Source: Eledone cirrhosa
Lineage: Eukaryota
Reading direction: 5' to 3'
Length of the DNA stretch: 64,000 bases
Assembly: GCA_964016885.1 (NCBI GenBank)
Contig: OZ024741.1
Location: 96,720,001-96,784,000, forward strand
Notes under the pieces: model-generated
What the model was told of the DNA's origin: nothing
Database searches by the model: none
What the model saw: only the letters and a program-made list of their open reading frames with translations
Shown here: positions 25,687 to 37,000 of the stretch, in pieces
Layout: every line of letters begins with the position of its first letter
Position numbering within the stretch: position 1 is the first letter of the stretch
Position numbers and translations under genes: made by a program

Positions 25687-26823
25687 TTCTTCTGGTTTTA
25701 TAATTTCACAAAGTTTTACTAATAGAGAGAGAGTCGGTTTCTAACATAGACACAAGACCCTCTCATTGGAATTTACACAACATCAACAAGGTAGATTGTA
25801 TGTATGTCTGCATGCATGCATGTGTAGATATGGATGTTATTGTATGTGTGGATGTGGATGTTTTGAGTTGTATGTGTGCATGTGTATATGCTTTGTATCT
25901 GTACATGTGTATATGCAGTTATTAGATGCAAAATTTTTGGAATGTTTTACATATTTTTACTGTTCCATTAATGGATTGTACTTGTAATTTCCTAACTAGT
26001 TGTGTTCTTTCTGTTCCTGTGAAGCCTAGCTTCTCAAGATTTGTATTGAGGCAGTTATTAACATATCCCAGTGCCCCAATAATCACAGGCATAAATCTGA
26101 AGGTGTAATGAGGGTGGAGTATATGCAGATTTCTCATCAGTTCTGCATAAATATTCTCCTTTTCACTAATCTTTGATATTATATTGGCATCTGCTGGGCA
26201 GCTAATTTCCACTACTGTGCATGCTTTCTTCTCCCTGTCCCATATCATAATATCTGGTCTGTAATGCCTGCATTTTATTGGTTTTTTTACTGGAACATTC
26301 CACCAGTACTCTTTCATATTATGTACATGGATGTCTTCCACATTGTTGTAGCTTTTAATGTGTTTATTATCGTGGCTATCTTTTTTACGAACTGCATTGT
26401 ACAGTGTTTTGGCCACTACATCATGCCTCATAGGTAGATAGTACCGCGATGACATCTTTGGGCAGCTGCTGATGACATGGGTGATATCCTCGATGTTAGT
26501 TCTGCAGAGTCTGCACTTGTTATCACATCTAAGTGTTTTGCCTGCATCCCTATCTCTTTTGTGAATCAGGTATTTCGTGCTAATCTCCTGTTCTTGGATT
26601 GCAAAAGCGTATCCTTCAAAGTGGAAGCCAATATAGCGGTTGTTGGTCCAAGATAGACTACTTTCCTTATCTATATTACTCTCACTCTGGAGCTTCCTAG
26701 CAACATATCCATGCATGATTTTTTGCTGAGAGGCATGCAGTTTTTCATCCATGGATTCACTGCGATACTGCTGAGCGACATCCCTGGGTGTGAGTTTTTG
26801 ATTATCACACAGGGAATATCTCT
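25687..26823 (-). mobile_element. 5'-truncated second copy of the same R4/Dong element, tandem
   Basis: Highly similar to 21556-22677, with the same 3' end TTCTTCTGGTTTTATAATTTCAC. Confidence 0.9.
25922..26752 (-). CDS. CCHC zinc finger plus restriction-like endonuclease domain of R4/Dong element (open frame, N-truncated)
   Basis: 276-aa ORF: CRLC..HVISSC, RHD, RPDI..VVEISCP..K..Y..L, PVIIGALG. Confidence 0.8.
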   Translation of the reverse strand: MDEKLHASQQKIMHGYVARKLQSESNIDKESSLSWTNNRYIGFHFEGYAFAIQEQEISTKYLIHKRDRDAGKTLRCDNKCRLCRTNIEDITHVISSCPKMSSRYYLPMRHDVVAKTLYNAVRKKDSHDNKHIKSYNNVEDIHVHNMKEYWWNVPVKKPIKCRHYRPDIMIWDREKKACTVVEISCPADANIISKISEKENIYAELMRNLHILHPHYTFRFMPVIIGALGYVNNCLNTNLEKLGFTGTERTQLVRKLQVQSINGTVKICKTFQKFCI

Positions 26824-26924
26824 ATATATGTATGTATGTATGTATGTCATGTATTTATGTATGTCAGGTATGTATGTATGTCATGTATTTATGTATGCCA
26901 TGTATGTATGTCATGTATGTATGT

Positions 26925-27514
26925 CAGGTCACCAGTTGGTCCTACTGGTAACATGTATCCCAGTACAACCTGTCACATGGTCGGGTCGTTGGCGACTAAA
27001 CTGGCAACCCCACCAAGGTTTCTTGGTGAGGAGGGTGACTTTGGATATCCTGCATGAATAAAAACAAAACCTGTCAAAGGGGAAAGGTGCTCTTTAAGAG
27101 TCAATGCTCATCCAAAATCACCGGGAGAGATGAACCCTTAGCCTTTGTCAAGGCAGAATTCCGGAGAAGGAAAACTCTGATATAACACCTGCAACCCTGA
27201 TGGTATCCAATGATGTTGGTAAATATCATATTGGTTAAGAGAGTGGGACTGGCTTTGTGCAGTGCCTTTGCTCACTATAAAAGCTTCACGGCACAGGCAT
27301 TGCTTTATATCTGGAGACTTTCTGCACTTGTCGTCACATGGAACCATGGACCCAGCACTACGTGTCAATAATTGCCACAAGTGTTGTGTTTGTACCAGAG
27401 TTTTCAAGTCGCTGGCTCGACTAAAAAGTCACACTCGTTCAGCGCCTCGGTAGTGGTTCTGCTATATGGATATAAAGTAGTGGCCGTACTAAAAAACGAG
27501 TTGGCAGCCACCAT
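26925..27514 (+). mobile_element. Non-autonomous internally deleted RTE derivative (5'UTR joined to 3' end)
   Basis: RTE-type 5' motif GGAGAAGGAAAACTCTGA. 3' CCVCTRVFKSLARLKSHTRS and terminus TGGCCGTAC..ACGAGTTGGCAGCCACCA-(TGTA) resemble 20838-21513. Confidence 0.65.
26948..27004 (+). ncRNA. Candidate HDV-like ribozyme (probably degenerate)
   Basis: P1 CATGT/ACATG, P2 CCAGT/ACTGG, P3 ACA/TGT, P1.1 CC/GG, P4 GTCG-TTGG-CGAC, J4/2 CTAA. L3 is shorter than canonical. Confidence 0.45.
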
Positions 27515-27859
27515 GTCTGTATGTATTTATGTATGTATGTATGCATGTATTTTCAATGTAGGTAAAACAGTCCGTCGTTTTCATGAATATACGTGAAACT
27601 TAATCATGAAGTAATTTTGAATCTGCCATTGACGGTTTTATTTAATTTTCTTAGTGAAGTTTCTTCAGTGAATTTCAGGTAATCTATGGTTGGGGTGTTT
27701 GGTTGGCTAGTCTACGGTAACTTTAATACTCTGGTTGTTGGAGTTAGCTATATTCAGGGTGTCTCACCTTTCTCCTACGGGGATCTTTTGACTACGATGT
27801 CATATAGGTAGTGAGATTATATAGTCAGTTATAGTGTTCTTATCTAACCGTTCTTTAAG

Positions 27860-27970
27860 TCTCCTGTAGTTCTATACCATGAAGAGATTAGTTATTTCAC
27901 CAACAATACCGATGCCAATCGCCGCACTCTCCTCTTGAGCATATGTGCCATCATTTTCTTTACATGGTCT
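27860..27970 (-). pseudogene. Highly decayed PLE-type RT motif fragment
   Basis: DGTYAQEESAAIGIGIVGEITNLFMV* resembles the PLE RT YxQxxGxAIG motif. Confidence 0.35.
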
Positions 27971-28287
27971 TGGTTTTCAGGGGTCCGTATATCTCTGATC
28001 AGCCCACTCCATCTTTCTGAGTTGGTCTTCTTGGACATTGAAGTAATGGTATGTGGTCCGCTCTATCTGGCCTTATGGGACAAGAATTGCTAAGGTCGTG
28101 TGTACCTAAGTAATCCTTCTCCTGTTTAATTCTATGTAGTCCCAAATCACTCGTATCAAGCGAAAGTGAGGTAGAATTCCGTGGGATTGATAACTGTGAG
28201 TTGCAGCTCCAACTTAGTCTAATCGGAAGGGAATTGAGCTGGGGTTCCTACTGAGACTAATCAGGAAGGAATTGAGGGAGAAATAAA

Positions 28288-28327
<40 letters not shown>

Positions 28328-28582
28328 CTTTCTTTATTAACCACAAGGGTTTACACAAAGTAGACATTAAGGACAGTACAGGACAATACAGGACGGTACC
28401 AAGGGGCATTTCTGCGTGTAAAAAAAAGAAGAAACAGAGGATGTAATAATAGAACAATGAAAAAATTCCCCAGTAGGGGGGGGGGAAACCTCCGAGGGAC
28501 ATTCGTGGAGAGAGCCCATTAAAAAGCCACAGTCACCCTGACCACCAGGGCAAGTGCCCTCTCCCAGTTTTCCACCTTTAAT

Positions 28583-31500
28583 TTACAGACACATACTCAG
28601 AGTAGGCCCATTCACTCGGGCCATTCTTGCCTCTCTCACCCAACTTTCAACAAAATGCTGGGAAGAGAGCACTTCCCTCTCTACCCTGATTTTAATTTTC
28701 AAATGAAATTTTAAAAAGTTAATCAGGGCATCACCGAAGAGGTAAGTGATCGTCTTCAGCCCTTTCAAACGTGTCCACCATACTATCTCTTTCGACATAG
28801 CCACCAGACAGATAAAAAATGCCTGCCCTTCCTGGCTAAAGGAAGAGGGCGGGGAAATCCTCACGATGGACTCAGCCGATAGCTGGATCCGTCCTATACG
28901 CGACAGCAGGTGTTCGACATAAACCCACAAGTCAGCAATGCTCGGACACTGGACGAGTGCGTGCAGGACGGTTTCGTCGCCCTGCGCGCACCTCGGACAT
29001 GCCCGGCTGACGGCACCTCCATGCCTGTAGAGTTTATCCCGAACTGGCAAAGCTCCTCGGTAGCACTGCCAGGCCAGGGATTTCTGGATGTTGTCCGTAG
29101 GCCTCGGCTCGAAAGTTCTTCCGAAGAGATTGGCTAGTTGATTTTCGTCGACGCCTAGAGTTTCCCCAAGTACGTCTTCGCTCTTCCCCTCCACTAACCC
29201 TTTATAGAACGCCAAGGTGGAGTTTCCACCGATCAGATTGCCCGATTGGTCGAGGGCTGTGAGCGCCTGAAGACATTCCAGTCTCCAAGCGCTCCCTCTC
29301 GGTCTTCGCTTGACCCAGGACTGCAGCTCCGTCAAGGAGACGAGCTGGGGAGAAACGTGTCTAGCAAACGGCGACCACACCTGATCACCGTCGAGGAAGA
29401 GGTGGAGATGTCGTAGCCTGAGCGCGTGTCTGCGCATCATCAGCCACGGCATGCCCAGCCCTCCACGTAGCGGGTGTTGACAGCAGATGGACCGCCTGAC
29501 CATCGGAGCGCGTCCCTTCCACAAGAAGCGAAAGAGCAAACGCTCCAGCGCAGTCAGGCGGGGCTTAGGACAAGGTACGACGGTCAGGCAGATGACAGAC
29601 GCGATGTACGCGTTAGCCACCTCCGCTCGACCTTTCAGGGATAGCTTCCTCTCCGCCCATTTCTGGGTGAGAGAAGCCACCCTACTCGTCACCTCGTCCC
29701 AGTTGTTGTCCGTCTGGTGGTCCGGACCGAACCAGACCCCGAGCAATTTAACGGGTCCGTCCGTCCAGCGCCCGACGACGCTGTTGGACGGCATGGACCT
29801 GCCTCTCCAGGTGCCGAGCTGCAGGCCCACTGACTTTTCCTGGTTGATCATTGCTCCTGTCACCGCTTCGTATTCTCTTAGTGTAGTGCCGATCGCCTCG
29901 ATGTGTTTGGCGTTTGACACCACTACGGTGTCATCGTTCGCATACGCTGACACGGATCTTCCGCATCCTAGTTCGCACGGGACCCCCCCTCAACGTCTCC
30001 AATTTGTGCAGTAATGGCTCGAGAGTCAATACGTACAAGAGGGACGAGAAGGGACATCCTTGGCGGACCGAGCGCATGATTTTGAACGGTTCCGAAAGGT
30101 GATCGTTCACTCTCACCACAGAGCAGATGTCCCTGTGCATGGCAGCAATCCAGCCTCTGAAGACGGGCCCAAAGCCAGCCGCCCTCAGGACTGCCGCTAG
30201 GTAACGTTGGTCGACCCTATCGAAAGCTTTCGACTGATCTAAATTGATCAAGGACCCACCCATGCCAGGTTCCCTAGCTACCCTCTCTACGATGTATCGC
30301 ATGAGGTGGAGGTTGTCGTGGATGGATCTGTCGGGAATGGTGAACGTCTGCGGCTCTGCCACCAGACCACCAACGACAAGCACCAACCTCTTTGCTAGCA
30401 CCTTGGTCAAAATCTTGAATTCTGTCTTTAGCAGAGTTATGGGCCTAAAATTATCTATGTTATCCCCCTTGTTCAGATCCTTTCTCAGCAGCGCCACAGC
30501 TGCTCGGCTCACAGAGCTGGGAATTCTCCCGTTCTGTTGCCAGTTGTAGTAGACGTCCGCCAATAGGCCTCCGAACAAATCTGGCATCTGTACGTAAAGT
30601 TCATAGGGCAGACCATCCAAACCAGGCGATTTACCCCTTGTGCAGCTAGTCATTGCCTCCCGTACTTCAGCGGCTGTTATCGGCTTTTCGCAACACTCCG
30701 CCTCAGTGGCCGAGAGCCGCGGCAGTCCGTTGAGGTAGACACTAAAGTCCATCCCTCGATCCGGCCCGCCGCTGCCCCCGAACAGCTGAGCGAAGTGTCG
30801 CTGAAAAGCTTCACACGTTTGCCCGGGATCGAGTCGCATGCGCCCGTCGTGGTCCACCAAAGACGCGCCTCCGCCACTCGGGCCCATTGAACGCTTTTCG
30901 TCCCCTCGTGTCTGAGAGCAAGCACCCTGGCTCTGACAACGCAACCTTCGTGCTTTGCATTGAAGAATTGGTCAAGGGCCAATTTCGCCACAAGTTCGTC
31001 GGTCGCGATGCCTTTGCTAAGCGCCTCGTCTAATTTTCTAACTAATTCTTCCTCTGCTCTATTTTTCTCTATTGCTAAAACCTTACAAAACCTAATGGAC
31101 TCTATTCTAATTGCTCTTTTCAGTGCAAACCACCACTTGTTGTTGACGATGGCCTCGGTCAAAGCCCGCTTAACTAGTTCGCTAATCAGGTCTATGTAGG
31201 CCTTGCGCGCTGGTAAGGACGCGTTTAGCTTCCAGTAGCCGGGTCCTCGTCTATGAAGGCTATCTAAGTCAAGCACACAGATCACGAATTTGTGGTCCGT
31301 GTAGCTGACTATCTTGAATTGTGGACAGCCTATGCTAGACCTATCTATTTCCCTACAAAATACTCTATCTAAATATGATCTGGATGACACTATGCGATTT
31401 GTCCAAGTCCACATTGGCACATTCGGGAAATCCAATCGGTACCTATCAGACAGTTCAAAACGCCTGAGCATGTTGGTGAGGCTCTTGCACCCTGCTCCCC

Positions 31501-31973
31501 TATCCGCTAATCCCACACCGTCCCAGCATGCATCTAAGATCCCGTTCCAGTCGCCCACTAACACTAAGGAGCGGGACGTTCCAAGAAAGGTCTCCAGACG
31601 CCGGAAGAAATCAGGCCGCCCTGCTCCTGTCCTGGGCATAGACGGCCACTACCCTGAAAGCCTTCCGATCTCCGCTGGTCACGTCTAGCACCACCAACTT
31701 ACCTTCTGGGTCCAGGAAGATGGCCCGTATAGCGAGATCCAAACCTCTCCGAAAAATCACAGCTACTCCTCCCGTCAATCCCGGACGGCAGGGAGATGCG
31801 TACACATCGTAGCCGCCGAAGTTCGGTGCAAAGGCCCGTGCTTCGGAGATCCTGGTCTCGCTGATGGCCACTACATCTATGTTTAGTGACCTGAGGTCGT
31901 TGAGCAGGTGGCTCTGCTTCCATGACGACCCCAAGCCACGTGCATTTATGCTGCCTATTCTGAGTGAGGTCAT
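28583..31973 (-). pseudogene. Tx1 #1 ORF2 (APE endonuclease, RT, C-terminal zinc finger), frameshifted
   Basis: SINARGL, ISET, GDWN, SYLDR, TDH, GYWKLN, KSPGLDGLP, FRPITLL, LDQSKAFDRV, VRQGCP, AYAND, CPRC..ETVLHALVQC. Confidence 0.9.
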
Positions 31974-32007
31974 GTTGAAATGGGGTGGAACAGATGGGAA
32001 AGACCAC

Positions 32008-33733
32008 TTACCTTACTTCTCCTAGAGGAAGGATGGTTTCTCCATCCTTTTCACTGCTTGTGGCCCCCTCCGGAAGGATGTCCTTATAAATCCTCCTGGA
32101 GAGTGTTTATCGGAAGTCTCCGATGTCTTTGGGGAATTTTTGTTTTAGTGTCGTGTACGTTTTCTGTGTGATGCGAGTGATTTGTATGTGTGGAGGTGGT
32201 GTTGGGGTTAATGATGGTGATGGTGTTGATGTTTGTGGTGATGGGGTTGGGGAGGCTGGTGTGGATGGTGGCATATTTGTCCTAACTTTTTTGTTTGATA
32301 GTTTATTTGTTTCCCTCTGTATTTTGTTTTTGGAGGGGGAAGGAAGAGAATTTTTTATTTTTTGGTTTCTTTTTTTTTTCGTGATACCGTTTCCCACTCC
32401 TCGTCGTCACAATCTGTCTCCAGTTGCGATAAGCCGGGGAGTGGAAAATCCTCCACAGGCGTTGGTTTTGGTTGTGGCGTGGTGGATGGTGTAGGCGCTG
32501 GTGCTAGTTCTGGAGCGTTGGGTGGTGGTGTTGTTGGTTTTGCTACTGTTGCTTCTGTTGTTGCTGCTACAGTTGTTGCTGCCATCTCTGCTGCTGGTGG
32601 TGTTGATGGTTGAGTTACTGGGGTGGGTAAGAGAGGTGGCCTCAACCTTTTAGCCTGAGAGCTGAAAGCCCTTAGGTGGGTTCCTTCACCACAAACGACA
32701 CACCTAGACCTTCTGCCCTCGACGATTACGGTGAGGTGGCTGCCGTCAGTGAGGTTTATTACCTCTGGGATCTCCTCAATGCTTTTATGGTCCGCTTAGA
32801 TCAGGAGCTCCATCCAAGATCCGGACCAGTTCTCCTGCTTTTCTTTCGCTATTTCGATTATCTTGGTGTTGGCCTCGATGCTGGCGAGGACGGCAGCCAT
32901 TAGCCAGGAAATTTCGATGGCCGGTGGAACGTGGGTGACCCTGATCTTCACGAGTCTCTGGCCACAATAGCTTGGGACGAGTGTGAAGTCGTCACTTCTT
33001 AAAGGGGCTATGGAGTGTTCTCTGGCCTCCTGTGGTGTTTCAAAGAACACGTCCACGGTTGCATATTTCTGCCCACGTCTGATGTGGTTTTTTTTGCCCA
33101 TACATGCCCCAAAGCTTTTTTGGATTTGGAACTCGGATGTCCGTTCCACTCGGCGCGATTTTATGTTAATTATCCGATAAGACACGGTGCATAGGCGACG
33201 ATGCTCCATTTTATTAGGTGTGTGTGTGTGGGGGGGGGGGGGGGGGGCTGAGGCTGACCCTGTACCCATCTTTCTTTACCTTTCTTTTGGCTTCTTCTAA
33301 TTCCTCCTGAGTTACCTGGATCGCATCGCACGTTTTTGCTACTCTGGCAAAATTCAGGGTAGTTTTCTTAATTTCATTGTTGCTGTTGTTGTTATCGTTA
33401 TTTTTGTTATTGTTAATTTTAGTTTCAGTTGTGGTGGTGGTGACGTCAGCGGTGTTCGGGTGTGGAAGAGTTCATTTTGGTTGAATTCATTTCGACATCA
33501 CGAGTTAATTAATTTTTTTCTTTTGTTTCTGTTGTCGCTGTGGTGGTGGTGGGGGTGGCGGCTTTAACACCTGCAGTCATTGGTAATGGCGGGAAATGAA
33601 TGTCTGTCTGAAACAAATTTAAAATATTGCTACTGCTTATATTTTTAGTGTTGGCAAACGTAGTAATATTTACAATGGTGGTGTCGGTGTGAGGTGTTAG
33701 TTTGTGAGGAAGGTGTGCCTTTGAGTCAGCCAT
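32008..33733 (-). pseudogene. Tx1 #1 ORF1 (gag-like, degenerate zinc knuckle)
   Basis: Fragments 33509-33733, 32796-33269 and 32107-32645; CVVCGEGTHLRAF. Homologous to ORF1 of #3. Confidence 0.7.
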
Positions 33734-33950
33734 GATTTTTCAAAGAAATTTTTTTTTGTTTGATAATTATAAAAAGTTTAAATTTTGAGCTCAAGGCCCC
33801 AATCCTTTTGAGTGTCCTTTTCAGAAATCAATGTATGTGCACTTATATACAGTTAACAATAAAAGTTTTCCATAAATGGCAATTTTAAACAACTGAAAAT
33901 AACAAACCTTTGCGGAGCTCACGATGATACGATTTACTACGTAGGTCGCC

Positions 33951-33986
<36 letters not shown>

Positions 33987-34040
33987 TGTTTCTACTTTTG
34001 GCACAAGGCCAGCAATTACCCAGTGTATTACTGATACTTT
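33987..34040 (-). mobile_element. SINE family A 3' fragment between Tx1 #2 tail and Tx1 #1 head
   Basis: TGTTTCTACTTTTGGCACAAGGCCAGCAATTACCCAGTG, bounded by (AAT)n on both sides. Confidence 0.8.
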
Positions 34041-34054
34041 ATTATAATAATAAT

Positions 34055-37000
34055 GATTTCTTTATTGACCACAAGGGCTGACATCAAGAAAAACATTACA
34101 GACGGCACAGAACAGTACAGGACGGTACAATGTGTGTTTTGTGCGTGTAAATATTTTTATTATTTATATAAGAAACGAAAAAGAAAAAAAGACATAGAAA
34201 CATATATATACACAACAAAAATGAAAATTCAAACAATGAAAAATTGTCCGATAGGGGGGAATCCTCCGAGGGCTACGCGTGGCGAAAACCACACAAAAGA
34301 CCATGGCCACCCTGACCACCAGGGCAAGCGCCCTCTCTCAATGTTTCTATTCCTCAAACAAGAAGCGTATATTCAGAGCGATCCCGTTCACTCGGACCAT
34401 TCTCGCTACATTCACCCAACTTTCAACAAACTTGCTAGAAGGCAGCACTTGACTCTCCACCGTGATTTTCCTCTTCTAGTGAAACTTGAAAAGGTTAATC
34501 GCCGAAGAGGAAAGTGTCTGTCTTTAACCCTTTCAACCTTGTCCACCACACAATCTCTTTCGCCATGGCGACCAGGCAGATGAAAACCGCCTGCCCTTCC
34601 TCCCCGAAGAAAGATGGCGAGACCATCTACACAATGGATTCAGCAGTCGATAACCGGATCGGTCCTACACGCGACAGAAACTGTTCGACATGGCTCCACA
34701 AGTCAGCAATGCTTGCCCGACGGTTTCGTCGCTCTGCGCGCATCTCGGACAGGCTCGGCTGACGGCACTTCCGTGCTTGTAGAGCTTACCTCGAACGGGC
34801 AACGCTCCCCGGTACCACTGCCAGGCCAGGGATTTCTGCAAGTTATCCATAGGCCCCGGGTAGAAGAGAGCAAACAGCTGATATTCTTTGACGCCCAAAA
34901 TCTTTCCGAGAACGTCGTCGCTTTTCCCCTCCACTAGTCCTCTATAGAACGCCGAGGTGGATGTTCCACTGATACTGGTGCCCAGCTGGCGGAGTGCGGT
35001 GAGAGCCTGGAGACATTCCAGTTTTCAAGCGCTATCCCTCGGTCTTTTCCTGACCCAGGACTGCAGCTCAGTCAAGGAGACGAGCTGTGGGAAAACGTGC
35101 CTGGCGAACGCCGACCACACCTGTTCACCGTCAAGGAAGCACCAGAGTTATCGTAGCCTCAGCGCATCTTTGCGCGTCATCAGCCATGGCATGCCCAGTC
35201 CTCTACGCAACGGGTGTTGACAGCAGATGGATCGTCTGACCATGGGAGCGCGTCTCTTTACAAAAAGCGGAAGAGGAGGCGCGCCATTTTGGTGAGAGTT
35301 GGGCCGGGGCAAGGGTAGACGGTGAGGCGGTAGCAAATGACGGATGCGATGTATGCATTCGCCACCTCCACCCGGCGTTTCAGGGACAGCTTCCTCTCGG
35401 CCCATTTCTGGGTGAGGGAGGCCACCCTGCTCGTCACCTCGCTCCAGTTTTTCTCCATCTGGAGGTCCGGTCCGAACCAGACCCCTAGCAATTTAATCGG
35501 TCCGTCCGTCCAACTCCCCACGACGCAGTTGGACGCCATGGACTTGCCTCTCCACGTTCCGTGCTGAAAGCCCACCGACTTTTCCTGGTTTATCTTTGCT
35601 CCTATCACTGCTTTATATTCCTTGAGAGCGGTGTCGAGCATCTGGACGTGTCTGGTGCTCGACACCACGATGGTGACGTCGTCGGCGTAAGCCGATTCGG
35701 ATTTCCCGCATCCTAGTTCGCGTGGGACGCCCTTCATCACGCCCAGTTAGTGCAGTAACGGCTGGAGAGCCAATACGTACAAGAGGGGCGAGAGTGGACA
35801 ACCCTGGTGAACAGAGCGCATGATGCTGAACGGCTGCGACATGATGTCGCTGTACATTGCAGCGATCCAACCCCTGAAAACGGACCCGAAACCGGCTGCC
35901 TCGAGGACCGCCGTCAGGTACCGATGATCGACCCTATCGAAAACTTTGGATTGATCCAAGTTGATTAGGGCCCTACCTGTGCCAGGTTCCTTAACCACCC
36001 TCTCTATAATGTATCGCATGAGGTGGATGTTGTCGTGTATGGATCTGTCCGGATGGCGCATGTCTCCGCCTCACCCACCAGATCTTCGACGACAAGCGCC
36101 AACCTCGTTTCTAACACCTTGGCCAGAATCTTGAACTCTGCGTTTAGCAGAGGTCATCGGCCTGAAGTTATCGATAACATCCCCCTTGTTCGGGTCTTTT
36201 CTCAGTAGCTCCACCGCTCCTCGGCTCACAAAACTGGGAATGCTCCCGTTTTGCTGCCAGTTGCAGTAGACGTCTGCCAAGAGATCACTGACCAAGTCTG
36301 GCATAAATGCATAAAGCTCGTAGTCCAGACAATCCAAACCTGGCGATTTGCCCCTCATGCAGCTTGCCATCGCTTCTCGTATTTCACTGGCTGATATTGG
36401 CTTTTCGCAAGACTATGCCGAGATCGTCGAGAGTCGAGGCAGTCCGTCGAGGTATGCACTGTAGTCAATACCTTGATCCGGCCCGCCGCTTCTCCCGAAC
36501 ATTTCAGCAAAGTGCTGCTGAAAAACCTCACACATATGCTCGGGTGAACAACACGCGCTCGTTTTGGTCAGACAAAGACCGAATTGTGGCTTTGTTGCCA
36601 CGTCGCGCCTCTGCCACCCGCTGCCAGTTGGACGGCTTTATCCCCTCGTGTTTCAGAGCACGTCTTCTATCTCTGACAACGCACCCTTCGTGTTTTGCGT
36701 TGAAGAATTGGTCGAGTGCCAATCTCGCCGCAAGCACGTCGGTTGCGATGCCTGTCCTAAACGTCTCTTCTAGCTTTCTGACTAGCTCTCCCACTACTTT
36801 ATTTTCCTCTATCGCTAGTCCTTTGCTAAACCTAATCGACTCTACTTTAATTGCCCTTTTCAGAGCAAACCACCACCTGTTGTTGAAGACCGCTCCCGTC
36901 AATGCCCGCTTAACTAATACGCTAATCTGGTCTCTGTAGGCTTTGCGCGCCGGGAAAGACGCGTTCAGCTTCCAATAACCGGGTCCTTGTCTATGAAGTC

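Larger units (their letters stand above)
28327..33950 (-). mobile_element. Tx1/L1-clade LINE #1, full-length, decayed
   Basis: ORF1 plus APE-RT-zf ORF2. AATAAA and (ATT)n tail at the 3' end. (ATT)n abuts the 5' end. Confidence 0.9.

Noticed and set aside
29487-30014. Plus-strand ORFs over the Tx1 elements (also 30244, 31314, 36307, 40341, 40992)
   Set aside because: Antisense shadows of GC-rich ORF2; they recur only because the sense strand is homologous.
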